NCBI GenBank assembly: GCA_964016885.1
Contig: OZ024743.1
Coordinates: 87,916,001 to 87,980,000 of the forward strand
Direction: 5' to 3'
Origin: Eledone cirrhosa
Taxonomy: Eukaryota
DNA length: 64,000 nt
Positions 1-13,557 of the stretch are shown here, in pieces (within the stretch, counting starts at the first letter, position 1; every line of letters begins with the position of its first letter). The translations under genes and the position numbers were made by a program. The notes beneath the pieces are model-generated. The model was not told the DNA's origin. It searched no databases and saw only the letters and a list, made by a program, of their open reading frames with translations.

Positions 1-83
1 ATAGAGAGTGAGACATTGCCAGGTTGAGTGAGACACAGAGTGGGACAGAAACAGATTGGCTGTCATACAGATTAGGATATCAT

Positions 84-269
84 TTGGCGGTATCGGTAGA
101 AAGTCGGACGCCATGCTTTGCAGCAAAGAGTTACGGCCCTTTATGGTCTGAGTTCAAATCCCGCCGAGGATAACTTTGCCTTTCATCCTTACGGAGTCGA
201 TAAAATAAAGTACCAGTAATACACTGGAATAATTGCTGGCCTTGTGCCAAATGTTGAAACAATTATTAT
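84..269 (+). mobile_element. tRNA-derived SINE (family A, (ATT)n tail)
   Basis: A-box-like TGGCGGTATCGG, B-box GAGTTCAAATCC, conserved body TTGCCTTTCATCCTT..GTCGATAAAATAAAGTACCAG and tail GCTGGCCTTGTGCCAAA..AAACAATTATT; many near-identical copies occur in the window. Confidence 0.85.
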
Positions 270-279
270 GTACTACAGA

Positions 280-1000
280 TCACTATACTATACTAAACAC
301 TACTATATACATAATGTTCTATGCCATACACTACTACACTACACTGTACAACATATTACTACACTATACCACACACCCCTACACTATACCACACATCACT
401 ACACTATACCACACACAACTACATCATACCACACACCACTACACTACACTATACTACACACCACTACATCATACCACACACCACTACACTATACTACACA
501 CCCTACACTATACCACACATCACTACATTGTACCACACATCACTACATTATACCACAGACCCCTACTCTAGACTATACCGCACACCACTACACTATACCA
601 CACATCACTAGCTATACCACACACCCCTACACTATACCGCACACCACTACACTATACCACACATCACTACACTATACCATACACACCCTACACTATACCA
701 CACATCACTACATTATACTACACACACCCTACACTATACCACGCACCACTACATTATACCACACACCACTACTCTAGACTATACCACACACTCCATCACA
801 CATTACTACACTATACACAACACTACACTACACCTCACACCACTACACTATACCACGCACCACTACATTATACCACACACCACTACTCTAGACTATACCA
901 CACACTCCATCACACATTACTACACTATACACAACACTACACTACACCTCACACCACTATACTATACCACACACCACAACACATTACACTGCACTGCATA
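280..1000. repeat. Degenerate ~20-bp minisatellite (CACTACACTATACCACACAC)
   Basis: Tandem repetition is directly visible; it produces the H/Y/T ORFs. Confidence 0.9.
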
Positions 1001-1322
1001 AGATTCCTCTACACCACATGTTGTTTAGATATTTCAAACACTAGCTTCAAACCAAGCCCCTCACGCCCCTCACCAACTCTAAATATCAAGGTTCCATTAA
1101 TAAAAAAAAAACTGTTGCCGTGAGCCCTTTTCATTGGCGCAGATTAATGCACTGTCTTAACTGATGCATGTTTTAACGAGGTGAGGGAAGCGGTTTTACA
1201 CTGAAACACATAATAATACAATTACAACAAAGCTTTGATTTTTCTGTTGTTGTTTTGTTTTAATTTCTAATTTATTTACCCAAATGTAATTAGAATTCTT
1301 TAGTGTTGTAGTTGGTTTCAAA

Positions 1323-1465
1323 GGCGGAGGTTTGGCAGAGTCGTTAGAGTGTCGGGTTTAAATATATCCCACCGTATTTGTCTTTCCTCACTGCACTATG
1401 AGTTCAAATTCTGATTCCATCCTTTAGCGTCGATAAATAAAGTACCAGTCCAGAGCTGGTATCAA
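1323..1465 (+). mobile_element. Diverged family A SINE
   Basis: GGCGGAGGTTTGGCAGAGTCGTTAGAG head, GAGTTCAAATTC B box, GTCGATAAATAAAGTACCAG body. Confidence 0.7.
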
Positions 1466-2533
1466 TTCTTCCTCTATCTCTCTTAATTACTTTCTCTTTC
1501 ACTCTGTGGAAGAAATCGACTGTTCCGCCTGGGAAAGAAAAGGCTCTGCTAGATGTAAAATACGCACTCCTTATGTCACGACATCACGACTTGCTGTATG
1601 TCACAATAGCGCCCTTATGACTCCACCAAGGGTTACGGGTCCATACATACTCGGTATTTGTTCCGAATCACTGCACTCTGCGTTCAAATTACGCCAAGGT
1701 CAATTTAATCTATGTATCAAGATTGTCGTCTCTGTAGAGGCCTCCATCGCTATATGGGTATTTAGAGTGCATCTTGTGCGATAGAGAAATAACCAATCAG
1801 ATCACACACTTCTAGACAATGAAATGTGCCCATGCTAAGCTCAAAGTGTTCGTTGGAATTCAATTTTATCCAGATGTTGACGTTAAAAGAAAGTAAGGGG
1901 GTTTTTTTCTAGCATGTTGAATATTTTGGTGACGGTTGCGGTTGTGATGGCTACGACAGTGGTTGAGGCGATGGTAGTGGTAGTGATTGTAGTGATGATA
2001 GTGGTGGTGGTGGTAGTGGTTGTGCTGGTGGCGGTTGTGGTGGTGGTGGTTGTGGTGGTGGTAGTAGTGGTAGTGTTTTGGTGGCGACGTTTGTGGTAAT
2101 GGTGGTGGTAGTGGTGGTGGTGGTGGTAGTGATGATGGTGGTGCTGCTGCTGCTGTTTCCGGTGGCGATGGTGGTGTAACACTGTGACACCATGGTGTTT
2201 CACTTTCAACAAATAACCATCATGTGGCACAGTGTGTCTCATACCCGAGGTAACAAAAAATACCTTTTCTACCATTTTCTTACAATAAAAACACAAACAA
2301 TTAAAAAATGTACAAATATAAATATAAAGTTGTGTTTTTATCAACTCTGAAACAATCACTGGAGACACCGCCACCACACACAAACACACGTGCACACACA
2401 CAAACACGCGTGCACATACACACGCACGCGCACACATACACACGTCATTTTAGCGTCGAAATTCTAAGAGGAAACGGCAGATCTATGAATTCTTCATACC
2501 TTAGTCAGTTTTACATACATCATACATACATAT

Positions 2534-2587
<54 letters not shown>

Positions 2588-2648
2588 GTCTATTCTTGTT
2601 ACTGGTTCCAGTCGTTATATATACATATATATGTAAATATATATATAT

Positions 2649-2718
<70 letters not shown>

Positions 2719-3169
2719 CATGTGTCTAGTGAGAGAAGTGAAAGAATGGTACACTGCCATAAATATATATATAAGTATATTGGGCAGACTTTTACAGATA
2801 ATTCACAGTTGCATAGCAACGGATACATATTGTTATATAACAACACCTGGGGGAGGTGGGTTTTCATCTCGATGGGGGCGGGTGGGGTGGGGTGGAGGGG
2901 GGTCGGGGGGGTAGGGTGCTTTCATTTATTTTTTTACATACAATGGATCTGTGTTGCTGTGGCGGAGGCGATGGCGGCGGCAGCACCGATGGCGAGGGGA
3001 GATTAAGGAATCATGGGGGCGACTGTGGAGAAGACGATGGTGAGGATAATGATGATGATGATGACGGTGGTGTGGTGGTGGTGTGGTGGTGGGGGGAGGG
3101 GATATAAGATGAACGGGAAGGAGAAGAGGTGGAAGGAAAGTTGACGACGATGACGACGTCAACGATGAT

Positions 3170-4130
3170 GATGATGATGGGGGTGTAGGTGGTGATGATG
3201 ATGATGGGGGTGTAGGTGATGATGGTGATGATGGTGATGGGGTGTAGGTGATGATGGTGATGATGGTGATGGGGTGTAGGTGATGATGGTGATGATGGTG
3301 ATGGGGGTGTAGGTGATGATGGTGATGGGGGTGTAGGTGATGATGGTGATGATGGTGATGGGGGTGTAGGTGGTGATGATGGTGATGGGGTGTAGGTGAT
3401 GATGGTGATGATGATGGTGATGGGGGTGTAGGTGGTGATGATGATGATGGTGATGGGGGTGTAGGTGGTGATGATGGTGATGGTGATGGGGGTGTAGGTG
3501 GTGATGGTGATGATGGTGATGGGGGTGTAGGTGATGATGGTGATGGGGGTGTAGGTGATGATGGTGATGACGGTGATGGGGGTGTAGGTGATGATGGTGA
3601 TGATGGTGATGGGGGTGTAGGTGATGATGGTGATGATGGTGATGGGGGTGTAGGTGATGATGGTGATGATGGTGACGGGGTGTAGGTGATGATGGTGATG
3701 GGGGTGTAGGTGATGATGGTGATGATGGTGATGGGGTGTAGGTGATGATGGTGATGGTGATGGGGGTGTAGGTGATGATGGTGATGGGGTGTAGGTGATG
3801 ATGGTGATGGGGTGTAGGTGATGATGGTGATGATGGTGATGGGGTGTTGATGATGATTGTGATGATGGTGATGGGGTGTTGGTGATGATGGTGATGGGGG
3901 TGTAGGTGGTGATGGTGATGATGGTGATGGGGGTGTAGGTGATGATGGTGATGATGGTGATGGAGGTGTAGGTGATGATGGTGATGATGGTGATGGGGTG
4001 TTGGTGATGATGGTGATGGGGGTGTAGGTGGTGATGGTGATGATGGTGATGGAGGTGTAGGTGATGATGGTGATGATGGTGATGGGGGTGTAGGTGATGA
4101 TGGTGATGATGGTGATGGGGTGTAGGTGAT
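3170..4130. repeat. GGT/GAT-derived minisatellite (GGTGATGATGGTGATGGGGGTGTA-like), within a larger trinucleotide region to ~4850
   Basis: Direct tandem repetition; it is the source of the spurious 524/551 aa ORFs. Confidence 0.9.
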
Positions 4131-4678
4131 GATGGTAGTGGTGGTGGTTTTGATGAGGATGATGGTGGTAGTGTGAAGGTGGTGGTGGTGGTGATGGTAG
4201 TGGTGAAGGTGGTGGTGTTAATGAGGATGATGATGATGGTAGTGATGAAGGTGGCGGTGGTGGAGGTGGCGGTGGTGGTGGCGGTGGTGTTGATGATGAT
4301 GATGATATAAGGATGATGGTGATGATGATGATGATGATAATGGTGATAATCATGGTAAAGATGATTATGATGATGATGATGATGGTAGTGGTGGTAGTGG
4401 TGGTGGCGGTGATGATGATGATGATGGTAGTGGTGGTAGTGGTGGTGGCGGTGATGATGATGATGATGGTAGTGGTGGTAGTGGTGGTGGCGGTGATGAT
4501 GATGATGATGGTAGTGGTGGTAGTGGTGGTGGCGGTGATGATGATGATGGTGATAAGAACCATCATGAAATTGTTGCCCACCCACTGTTATATTTCTGTT
4601 CTACTTCTGATAACTGTTGTTGTTGTTGTTGTTGTTACGTTTGATGTACTAGTTATAGTTGTTGTTATAGTTGTTGTT

Positions 4679-4746
<68 letters not shown>

Positions 4747-5051
4747 TGTTGTTGTTGTTGTTGGTGGTATTTTTGTAGTTGTTGCTGTGGTAGTTGCTGT
4801 TGTAGTTGTTACTGTAGTAGTTTTTGTAGTTGTTGTTGTTTTTGTTGTGTTTTCGTTTACTTCTTTGCTGCTGTTCTTTGTCGTCGGTGGGAGCACGAAT
4901 AAGTGTTTTTGTTAACTCATAATGCATGGTTCCAATCCTGCTGCCACCTAGCGGAAGCCAAAAGTGACACGATTGTTAATAGTTAAGTCCGACAATCCGT
5001 CTTTACATCCACGGACGATATAAAGTAGAAAAGGATGGATATCACATGAAT

Positions 5052-5175
5052 ACTAGTTTCAAGATTATTAGCTATCGTCAGCACCGTATACCTTCCGTTA
5101 ATATGCATAAGGACGTTCAATCATCTGACAGGAAGGTATAGGGTGCTGACGATAGCTAATAAGCTTGAAACTAGT
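5052..5175. repeat. 45-bp inverted repeat (5052-5096 / 5131-5175); each arm contains a hammerhead-like core
   Basis: ACTAGTTTCAAGATTATTAGCTATCGTCAGCACCGTATACCTTCC is the reverse complement, with 2 mismatches, of GGAAGGTATAGGGTGCTGACGATAGCTAATAAGCTTGAAACTAGT. Confidence 0.9.
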
Positions 5176-5180
5176 TCATC
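5142..5180 (+). ncRNA. Minimal type I hammerhead ribozyme motif (Penelope-like element type)
   Basis: GGUG-CUGACGA-U-AGCU-AAUA-AGCU-U-GAA-ACUAGU-U-CAUC: conserved CUGANGA and GAAA boxes, stem II AGCU/AGCU, palindromic ACUAGU stem III, stem I GGUG/CAUC. The U-U pair at the base of stem II is non-canonical. Confidence 0.65.
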
Positions 5181-5451
5181 GTTCCTTTGTCAGTGTTGAA
5201 CAAAAGGGCAACGATGGTTGCTAAACACTGTACAGCTTAATTCGGGATGTTTGTTTACAAACACACCGGGCATTATAATAAATGTTCGGTGAATCCATAC
5301 GTACATGTATATATGTGTGCATGTATGTATATATATATATATATACATACTACTGTACGTCTGTATACATATATGTATGTACGTGTACATACTTATATTT
5401 AAGTAACAGCCGTACTAAGAGTGAGAAATGAAATTTCGTTTCATTTTTTCC

Positions 5452-5775
<324 letters not shown>

Positions 5776-5783
5776 CATATATC

Positions 5784-5810
<27 letters not shown>

Positions 5811-5814
<4 letters not shown>

Positions 5815-5957
5815 GAGGGGGGGTCGTAAGATACCAGGTGCACCATAACGCATCAGAGTATTCAATACTTATGGCAGTAGAGTGCGTAATAAGAAAAGAA
5901 TCAGTTTGGATCTAGCTGTCGAAACGGCCGGAGCTCAGCCGTCGGGGTCCTGACTCT

Positions 5958-5988
<31 letters not shown>

Positions 5989-6227
5989 ACGCACCAAAGT
6001 ACTCAATACTTAGGGTAGTAGAGTGGGTAATAGGAACAAGTAAGACCCCGACGGCTGAGCTCAAGCCGTTTCGACGGCTAATTCAGTCCAGAATTACCCG
6101 TCGAAACGGCTTGAGCTCAGCCGTCGGGGTCTTACTTGTTCCTATTACCATTACCCACTCTACTACCCTAAGTATTGAGTACTTTGGTGCGTTATGGTCC
6201 ACCTGGTTCCTTACCACATTTCCTTCG

Positions 6228-6229
<2 letters not shown>
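5811..6229. mobile_element. (TA)n-embedded palindromic element family P, composite locus 1
   Basis: Unit TAGCCGTCGAAACGGCTTGAGCTC(A/T)GCCGTCGGGGTC..CCTATTACCCACTCTACTACCCTAAGTATTGAGTAC..GGTGCGTTATGGTCCACCTGGTTCCTTACCAC..TTCGTTATA is present in both orientations, with a palindrome at ~5986-6195 and (TA)n on both sides. Confidence 0.8.
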
Positions 6230-6305
<76 letters not shown>

Positions 6306-6953
6306 AAAATAAAAATAAAAATAAAATTTCGCTCTACATGCCTGAATACAATTCTAAAAACTCAGATTACATTTATATCTATACACATCGTCGGCAGCCC
6401 ACAGCCAGCATCGCCATCACCACCATCATTATCACCCCTAACACTTCACCACAACCACCGTCACCGCCACGACTACCATCAATACCAAGATCATCACCGC
6501 CTCTGCCAACAATGTCACTACGATCAGTAACATCACCACCATTCTCACCACCATCCCAACACCACCCTCATCACGTCACCACCTCCACCACCCTCATCCA
6601 CCACCATCACCGCCACCCCCACAGCTATTCCCTCTCTCGGATCTACACCTTCTGTAGTCCCCCTCACCCCTGTCCTCATTATCATCGCCTCCAATTTCAC
6701 CAATGGCCCATTACCTCTCACTCTAACTTACAAGATGCACACACACACACACACACATTCATACACATACGCACACATTCATACACACACACACACATTC
6801 ATACACATACATACAGATACGCACGCATACATACACATATACACTCTCATGCACACACACACATACACACACATTCACACACATTCATACACACACACAC
6901 ATACATAATATATATATATATATGTGTACATCTACATATATATGTATGTATGA

Positions 6954-6994
<41 letters not shown>

Positions 6995-7127
6995 TGGTGA
7001 AGGGTAATCTGGAAAGCAGGACATGCAGTCCAATCGCCATGACGGAAAGTGGGGCTGTGCAGCCTCCCCCCCCCCCCTCATTCCCTCTAAATGACCCTCC
7101 GGTCAAAGCCGCATGTAGTTTTATCTA

Positions 7128-7162
<35 letters not shown>

Positions 7163-7287
7163 CTTTTTATGTGTCTACGTTTTAGTAAGCAGCCAAAATT
7201 CTGCTTGCTTCAACCGATGCAATTGATCAACTCAAGATTCTATAACGCATGCACTGCATGCGTTGCATGCACGGACCCTTCGCCCCT

Positions 7288-7334
<47 letters not shown>

Positions 7335-7419
7335 CATACATATATATATAGAGAGAGAGGGAGAGACTGAGACAGAGAGAGAGAGAATGGAGAAATAGGG
7401 ATAGGGAGAGAAATAGATA

Positions 7420-7795
7420 TATTTCTTTATTAGCCACAGGGGCACAAAAGAAGGGGACAAATACAAAGGGGGAAGTTTACATACAATAAAAACGTGTAAA
7501 ATGTTATCACAGATGGAATTTAAAAGTTAGTCGATTTTCCCCAATAGAGGGAGACAGTTTATATGGGTAACACAGACCCCCGAAAAAAATGTGCAACCCT
7601 CATCTCCAGGAGTACGAAGAGCTTGTACTCCTTTCCTCTCCTCCTCCTTTTCCTCAACCTACAGGCTGATATAGAGAGAAGGCCCATTCACTCGGGCCAT
7701 TCTCGCCACTTTCACCCACCTTTCATAAAACTTGCTGGGGTACAGCACCTCTCTCTCCATCCTGATTCTTCTTCCAAAGTGGTATTTGAAAAAAA
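7420..7795 (-). mobile_element. 5'-truncated non-LTR retrotransposon (L1/Tx1-like ORF2 C-terminus + 3' UTR) with 21-bp TSD
   Basis: Minus strand reads FFKYHFGRRIRMEREVLYPSKFYERWVKVARMARVNGPSL, then a UTR with AATAAA near 7426-7431. It is flanked by the exact direct repeat GGATAGGGAGAGAAATAGATA at 7399-7419 and 7796-7816. Confidence 0.75.
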
Positions 7796-8039
7796 GGATA
7801 GGGAGAGAAATAGATAGATAGATAGATAAATAGATAGACGGGCAGATATACACATACACATATGTATACACATATATACGCTAACGTCCAAACACGCATA
7901 TGTCTACATACACACACAAACTCACTCTAACACACTTATATAAACAAATTGCTTACTCCATACATACGTCTTACTAGTTCCGTCACACACACACACACAC
8001 ACACCCGTCCGCCCCACACACATACACAGAATGACCCCT

Positions 8040-8637
8040 ATCACACCCACCTTACCATCCACCCACTACACCACTACCACCGCCACCACCACTTCCACTA
8101 CCTTCACCACCACCACCTTCACCACTACCACCACCTTCACCACCACCACTACTACCACACCACTACCACCACTTTCACCACACCACTACCACTATCACCA
8201 CCACTACCACCACCTTCACCTCCACCAACACCATCACTACCACCACCTTCACCACCACCACCACCACACCACTACCACCACTTTCACCATACCTCTACCA
8301 CTACCACCACCTTCACTACCACCAACACCATTACTACCACTACCTTCACCACCACCACCACCACACCACTACCACCACTTTCACCATACCTCTACCACTA
8401 TCACCACCTTCACCACCAACAACACTACCACCACCTTCACCACCACCAACATTACCACTACCGCACCACTACCACCACCATCACCTTCACCACACCACTA
8501 CCACCACCACCACCACCACTACCACCACCTTCACCTATATATCACAGAACCCTCTCTATATACTCCCTCGTTCATGTCCTCAACACCCCCACTCGTCGAC
8601 AAACATACACACACAGACACACACACTCACACAACCC

Positions 8638-8668
<31 letters not shown>

Positions 8669-10070
8669 GCACACAAACATACAAACACACACCTTTTCCT
8701 CTTCTTCTGACCCTCGTTCCTTTATGTGAAATTCGAAACCCCTGATTATCCGGTCATGTACTAACACATCCTTGGGTAGGGGAATGTTGTTGACGGTGGT
8801 GGTGGTGGTGGTGGTGATGGTGGTGGTGGTGGTGGTGGTGGTGGTGGTAGTGTCCGTGGTGTTGGTAGTAGTGGTGGTGGTAGTGGTAGTGGTGGTGGTG
8901 GTGGTGGTGGTGGTGGTGGTAGTGGTGGTGGTTGTCGTCGTGATGATGGTCGTGGTGGTAGTGGTGGTGGTATTGGTGGTGGTAGTGGTGGTGGTGGTGG
9001 TGGTAGTGGTAGTGGTGGTGGTTGTGGTCGTGGTGGTGGTAGTGGTGGTGGTGGTGGTGGTGGTGGTGGTGGTGGTGGTTGTGGTCGTGGTGGTGGTGAT
9101 AGTGGTGGTGGTATTGGTGGTGGTGGTGGTGGTGGTTATAGTGGTAGTGGTGGTGGTAGTGGTTGTCGCCGTGATGATGGTCGTGGTGGTGGTATTGGTG
9201 GTGGTAGTGGTGGTGGTGCTGGTAGTGGTATGGTGGTGGTAGTGGTTGTCGCCGTGATGATGGTCGTGGTGGTGGTAGTGGTGGTGGTGGTGGTAGTGGT
9301 ATGGTGGTGGTGGTGGTTGTCGCCGTGATGATGGTCGTGGTGGTGGTAGTGGTGGTGGTGGTGGTAGTGGTATGGTGGTGGTGGTGGTTGTCGCCGTGAT
9401 GATGGTCGTGGTAGTGGTATTGGTGGTGGTAGTGGTGGTGGTGGTGGTGGTGGTTGTGGTTGTCGCCGTGATGATGGTCGTGGTCGTAGTGTTGGTGGTG
9501 GTAGTGGTGGTGGTGGTGGTGGTGGTGGTTGTAGTGGTGGTTGTGGTTGTGATGGTGGTGGTAGTGGTGGTGGTGGTTGTCGTGATGGTGGTAGTGGTGG
9601 TGGTGAAGGTGGTCATGGTGACAATGTTATTGAGGATGATGATGATAATGATGATGATGGTAGCGGTGGTAAATGTGTTGTTTGTCGTGCTGATAATGTT
9701 TGTTTGGCGCCAGTGGTGGTTGTTGTGATGATGATTGTGTTGTTGCTGACAATAGTGTTGCTGTTATGATGATGGCAGTGATGGTGGGGTGGTTTGTGTT
9801 GTTATTGTTATTGTGATGATGATGATGATGATGTTGATGGAATTTGTTTTGTGGGGGTTGGTATTGCTGTTTTGGTGATGGTGCTAGTGGTTGCGGTGGT
9901 AATGGTGGCGGTGGTGTTGATGGTGGTGGCGATGAAGGTGATGGTGGTGATGTTGGTGGTGGTGATGAAGGTGGTTGTGATGTTGGTGATGGTGGTGATG
10001 ATGGCGGTGATGTTGGTGGTGGCGGTAATAGCGGTGATGTTGGTGGCGGTGATGATGTTTGCGATGTTTT
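8040..10070. repeat. (CAC/ACC)n and (GGT/GTG)n trinucleotide low-complexity blocks in opposite orientations
   Basis: Directly visible. Confidence 0.9.
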
Positions 10071-10140
10071 CGGAGGTGTTCGTTTTTCTTTACCTTTTTT
10101 CTTTGTATATATATGTATATATATATATATATAATATATA

Positions 10141-10235
<95 letters not shown>

Positions 10236-10370
10236 CACACATACATATATATATATATAGATTTATATATATACATATATATATACACACATATACATAT
10301 ATATATACATACATATATATATACACACACATACATATATATATACATATATATATATACACACACATAC

Positions 10371-10403
<33 letters not shown>

Positions 10404-10499
10404 CACACATACATATATATATACATATATATACATACATACATACATACATACATATATTTATTTATACATATATATTTATATATAAATACATATATA

Positions 10500-10552
<53 letters not shown>

Positions 10553-10559
10553 AAATTCT

Positions 10560-11560
10560 TTTATTCTAGCCATTTCTATTGTTTTGTCCTCCCCTCCAAT
10601 ATTTTCTTTAGTGGAGTTAATTTCCAGTTTCTATTTTATTGTTTCCTTATTATATATGAAGAGAGAGAAAAGTATTTTAGTTTATTTGTTCTTTTTCTTT
10701 TCTGTTTCCTTCTAACACTTATCAGTTTCCCTTGCTTCTGAGTATTTTTTCTATTCTTACCAACTATTGTTATTTTCTAGTAGTTTTCTATTTGCAGCAA
10801 ACTCCGCTCTCCCTGTTTATGGGGTAGGTATATTCTATCTATATCAGCTTTCGTATGGTGGCTTCAGAACGCTGTTATTGGTTTCCTGGGTTATTTTTTA
10901 TGTTTAAGCTCTTCAATTCAATTTAACTTGCAGTTTATTATTATTTTAAAACTCTAGTTTATAACCGAGGTGTATAGTGTATCTATCTATATCTTATCTC
11001 TAATACTGAATTCTCCCTATTGGGAGACACTATTGCCTCAACATTGTTCTATTGAGGGAACTGTGAAAAGCCATGGCGTGCGCGAATAGAACTAATCATC
11101 CACGAAAGGCGCTGTTCGGAAACATGTCAGTGGTGAAGAATTAAGGAATGGTCGTCTCTGAAAGACTGTCGATTACCGAAGAAAAGAGCCAAAAGTTTAG
11201 TTTTTAATATTAGTTTGACTCTCCTGTAATACTCTTTTCTAAATCTCCCCTTCATGTCTATAATATGTTGTATATAAGTTTCATCTACTCCTAAGAATTT
11301 GTATACGTAGTTCTGGTTTAATTCCTAACTTAATGTTCCCCGTTTTAGTTAATTTGCCTAGCTTTGTCTAGTCCCATACTCGTTTTGTCTTGCTGAATTT
11401 TCCACAGGTTTTCCAACTGAGTATTATCCCTTGTAAATCGAATCTGTAACTATTGTTGGTTTCATTGAAAAAATGTGTTAATGGAGTCAGAGCTAGGCAA
11501 AAATATATAGGGAATAATGAGACACATTAGAAGATTCCTCTTCGTATGGATATAGAGCCG
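10560..11560 (-). mobile_element. Decayed R4/Dong-like LINE, RT and post-RT region, interrupted at ~11005-11200
   Basis: Minus-strand frames give IRRGIF*, YKFLGVDETYIQHIIDMKGRFRKEYYRRVKLILKTKL and HHTKADIDRIYLPHKQGERSLLQIENY, matching the RGIFQGDSLS, YKYLG and HHPKADIERLYLPR motifs of R4/Dong-type RTs. There are many stops and frameshifts. Confidence 0.75.
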
Positions 11561-11599
11561 CTTTTAATTACATTTCCTTCACATTGTTTTTAAAGAAAC

Positions 11600-11645
<46 letters not shown>

Positions 11646-11659
11646 AATAATAATGATTT

Positions 11660-11790
11660 GCGGTTTCTGTTCCTGCTCTTTACGCACTAAGTTCAAATAC
11701 CGCCCAGGTCAACTTTCCTTTCATCCTTCCAGAGTTGACAAAACAATGTACTTGTCAAGTACTTGGGTTGAATTAATCGACGTCCCACTC
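11660..11790 (+). mobile_element. Diverged family A SINE next to an (ATT)n tract
   Basis: AAGTTCAAATACCGCCCAGGTCAACTTTCCTTTCATCCTTCCAGAGTTGACAAAA. Confidence 0.65.
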
Positions 11791-12444
11791 CTCCAAAATA
11801 ATAATAATGGTACTAACAACAATACTAACTTAAATAAGGATAACACTAACTTAATGCCCACCAAAAATGGCGTGATTTATTTCTGTTTCCTTTCAGTAAC
11901 TCTTATTATTTCTGATTCAAGCCTTGCTCAATTTTTTCTTGTTTCATTTTTCTGCTCGCCTGACTGCCTGTTTCGCTTGCCGACTGACTGCTGGCTATTC
12001 TTCTCCCCCTTCACATCATCAATCCCACAGCTATTCATCAATTCCATAGCTATTCATCTATCCCACAGCTATTCATTTCTCTTATAATACTTTCGTTCTC
12101 TCTTCTCCACCTCTTTCAACATAGCCACTGCTTTCCCATTCCACAATACGCATTTTCTTACAATGTCTTTCTAATCCTCCCTATTTTGGTGGGGAGAATT
12201 ATATCTTTCTATTTTCCACATCTTTCTTAATGTTATCGTCTCTTCTTAATTCAAGCTTTCTTCCCTCTCCATATTTCACTGTCTGATCGCCTGATTCTCT
12301 ATCTCACTCCTCTTTCTCCCCATATCTCCCTCTCATCTCTTTCACCACACCCATCTCCCCCCTCCTCGCTCTCTCTTCCACCTATCTACATATCTATCTA
12401 GTCCATTTCTCTATATAATAATTTCTCTCTTTTCCACAAATTTA

Positions 12445-12980
12445 TTTGGTGAAATGCAGCACTGCTTGAGCAAATATAGCATTGTTTGGGCAAATGCAGT
12501 ATTGAATGGGCAAATTCAGCTTTGGGTGGACAAAAATAGCACTGCTAGGGCAAATGTAGCGCTGGGTGGGGAATTACAGCACTGCTTGAACAATTATACC
12601 CCTGCTTCCGCAGATACAGCGTTGGCTGAGGAAATTCAGCTGTGGGTGGGCAAATATTGCACTACTTGGGCAAATACAACATTAAGTGAGCAAATACGTG
12701 AGCACTGCTTGGGCAAATTCTCCACTGCTTGGGAACATACACCGCGCTGCATGGGAAATTGCAACACTGCTTAGGCAAATATAGCACTGGGTGGGCAAAT
12801 ATACCACTGCTTGGGTAAATATACCACTACTTGGTCTCACATAGCACTGGGTGGGTAAATATGCCACTGCTTCGTCTCATATAGCACTGGGGGGGGGGGG
12901 GCAAATATACCACTGCTTGGTATAATATACCACTGGATGGCAAAAGCAACAGTTCTTGGGCAAATATACCACTGGGTAAG
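12445..12980. repeat. Degenerate ~20-bp minisatellite (GCAAATATAGCACTGCTTGG)
   Basis: The motif recurs at ~20-bp spacing. Confidence 0.85.
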
Positions 12981-13557
12981 AAACGTCAACACAGATTAAA
13001 GTACTCCTCAATACCAAGAGACTAGACTGAGTTAACATATCTAACCCACAGTACATGTCCGAGTACATTACTGGTATGGGAATTTAAAATCAAATTCGAT
13101 CTTTCTTGGCTTCAAACTCAAAACTGCAACTGGTGGGGGGAGTGGGGCACACATCCAGGTTTTTTGTTGGTATCCGTGGCAACTGAATCAAGCATTAAGT
13201 TTTCTTATAAAAGCATGTTCGACTTTTTTTCCGGTATAGGGAATAATGCAGTAGTGGGGCTACGGGGGGGGGGTCCTTCACGGGCGACACTTTTATGGGG
13301 GCGGCACGCTTGGGTCTGCTGTAGGCTATAAGTGTTCTTTTAATGCTCAGCACGATATTATAATTGTGCACAGACTAGTTAATATATATATATATATATA
13401 TCTAAGAGCAATATGTATTTTTTGTGGGGGCCCGGGGAGCGCAAACTGAAGGGCTGCCCCGGGCGACACACACTGAGCTTCAACAATCAATACTTAAGTA
13501 TGAACCACACTGGTACAATTTTCACACTTACCTGGGATGGTGCTGTGGCTACATTTC

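Noticed and set aside
84-170. tRNA genes
   Set aside because: The A/B boxes belong to SINE heads; there is no complete cloverleaf.
2926-4915. Long Pro/Ser/His/Thr-rich ORFs (extensin/mucin-like)
   Set aside because: All frames on both strands are open because GGT/GAT repeats lack stops; there is no unique coding flank or splice support.
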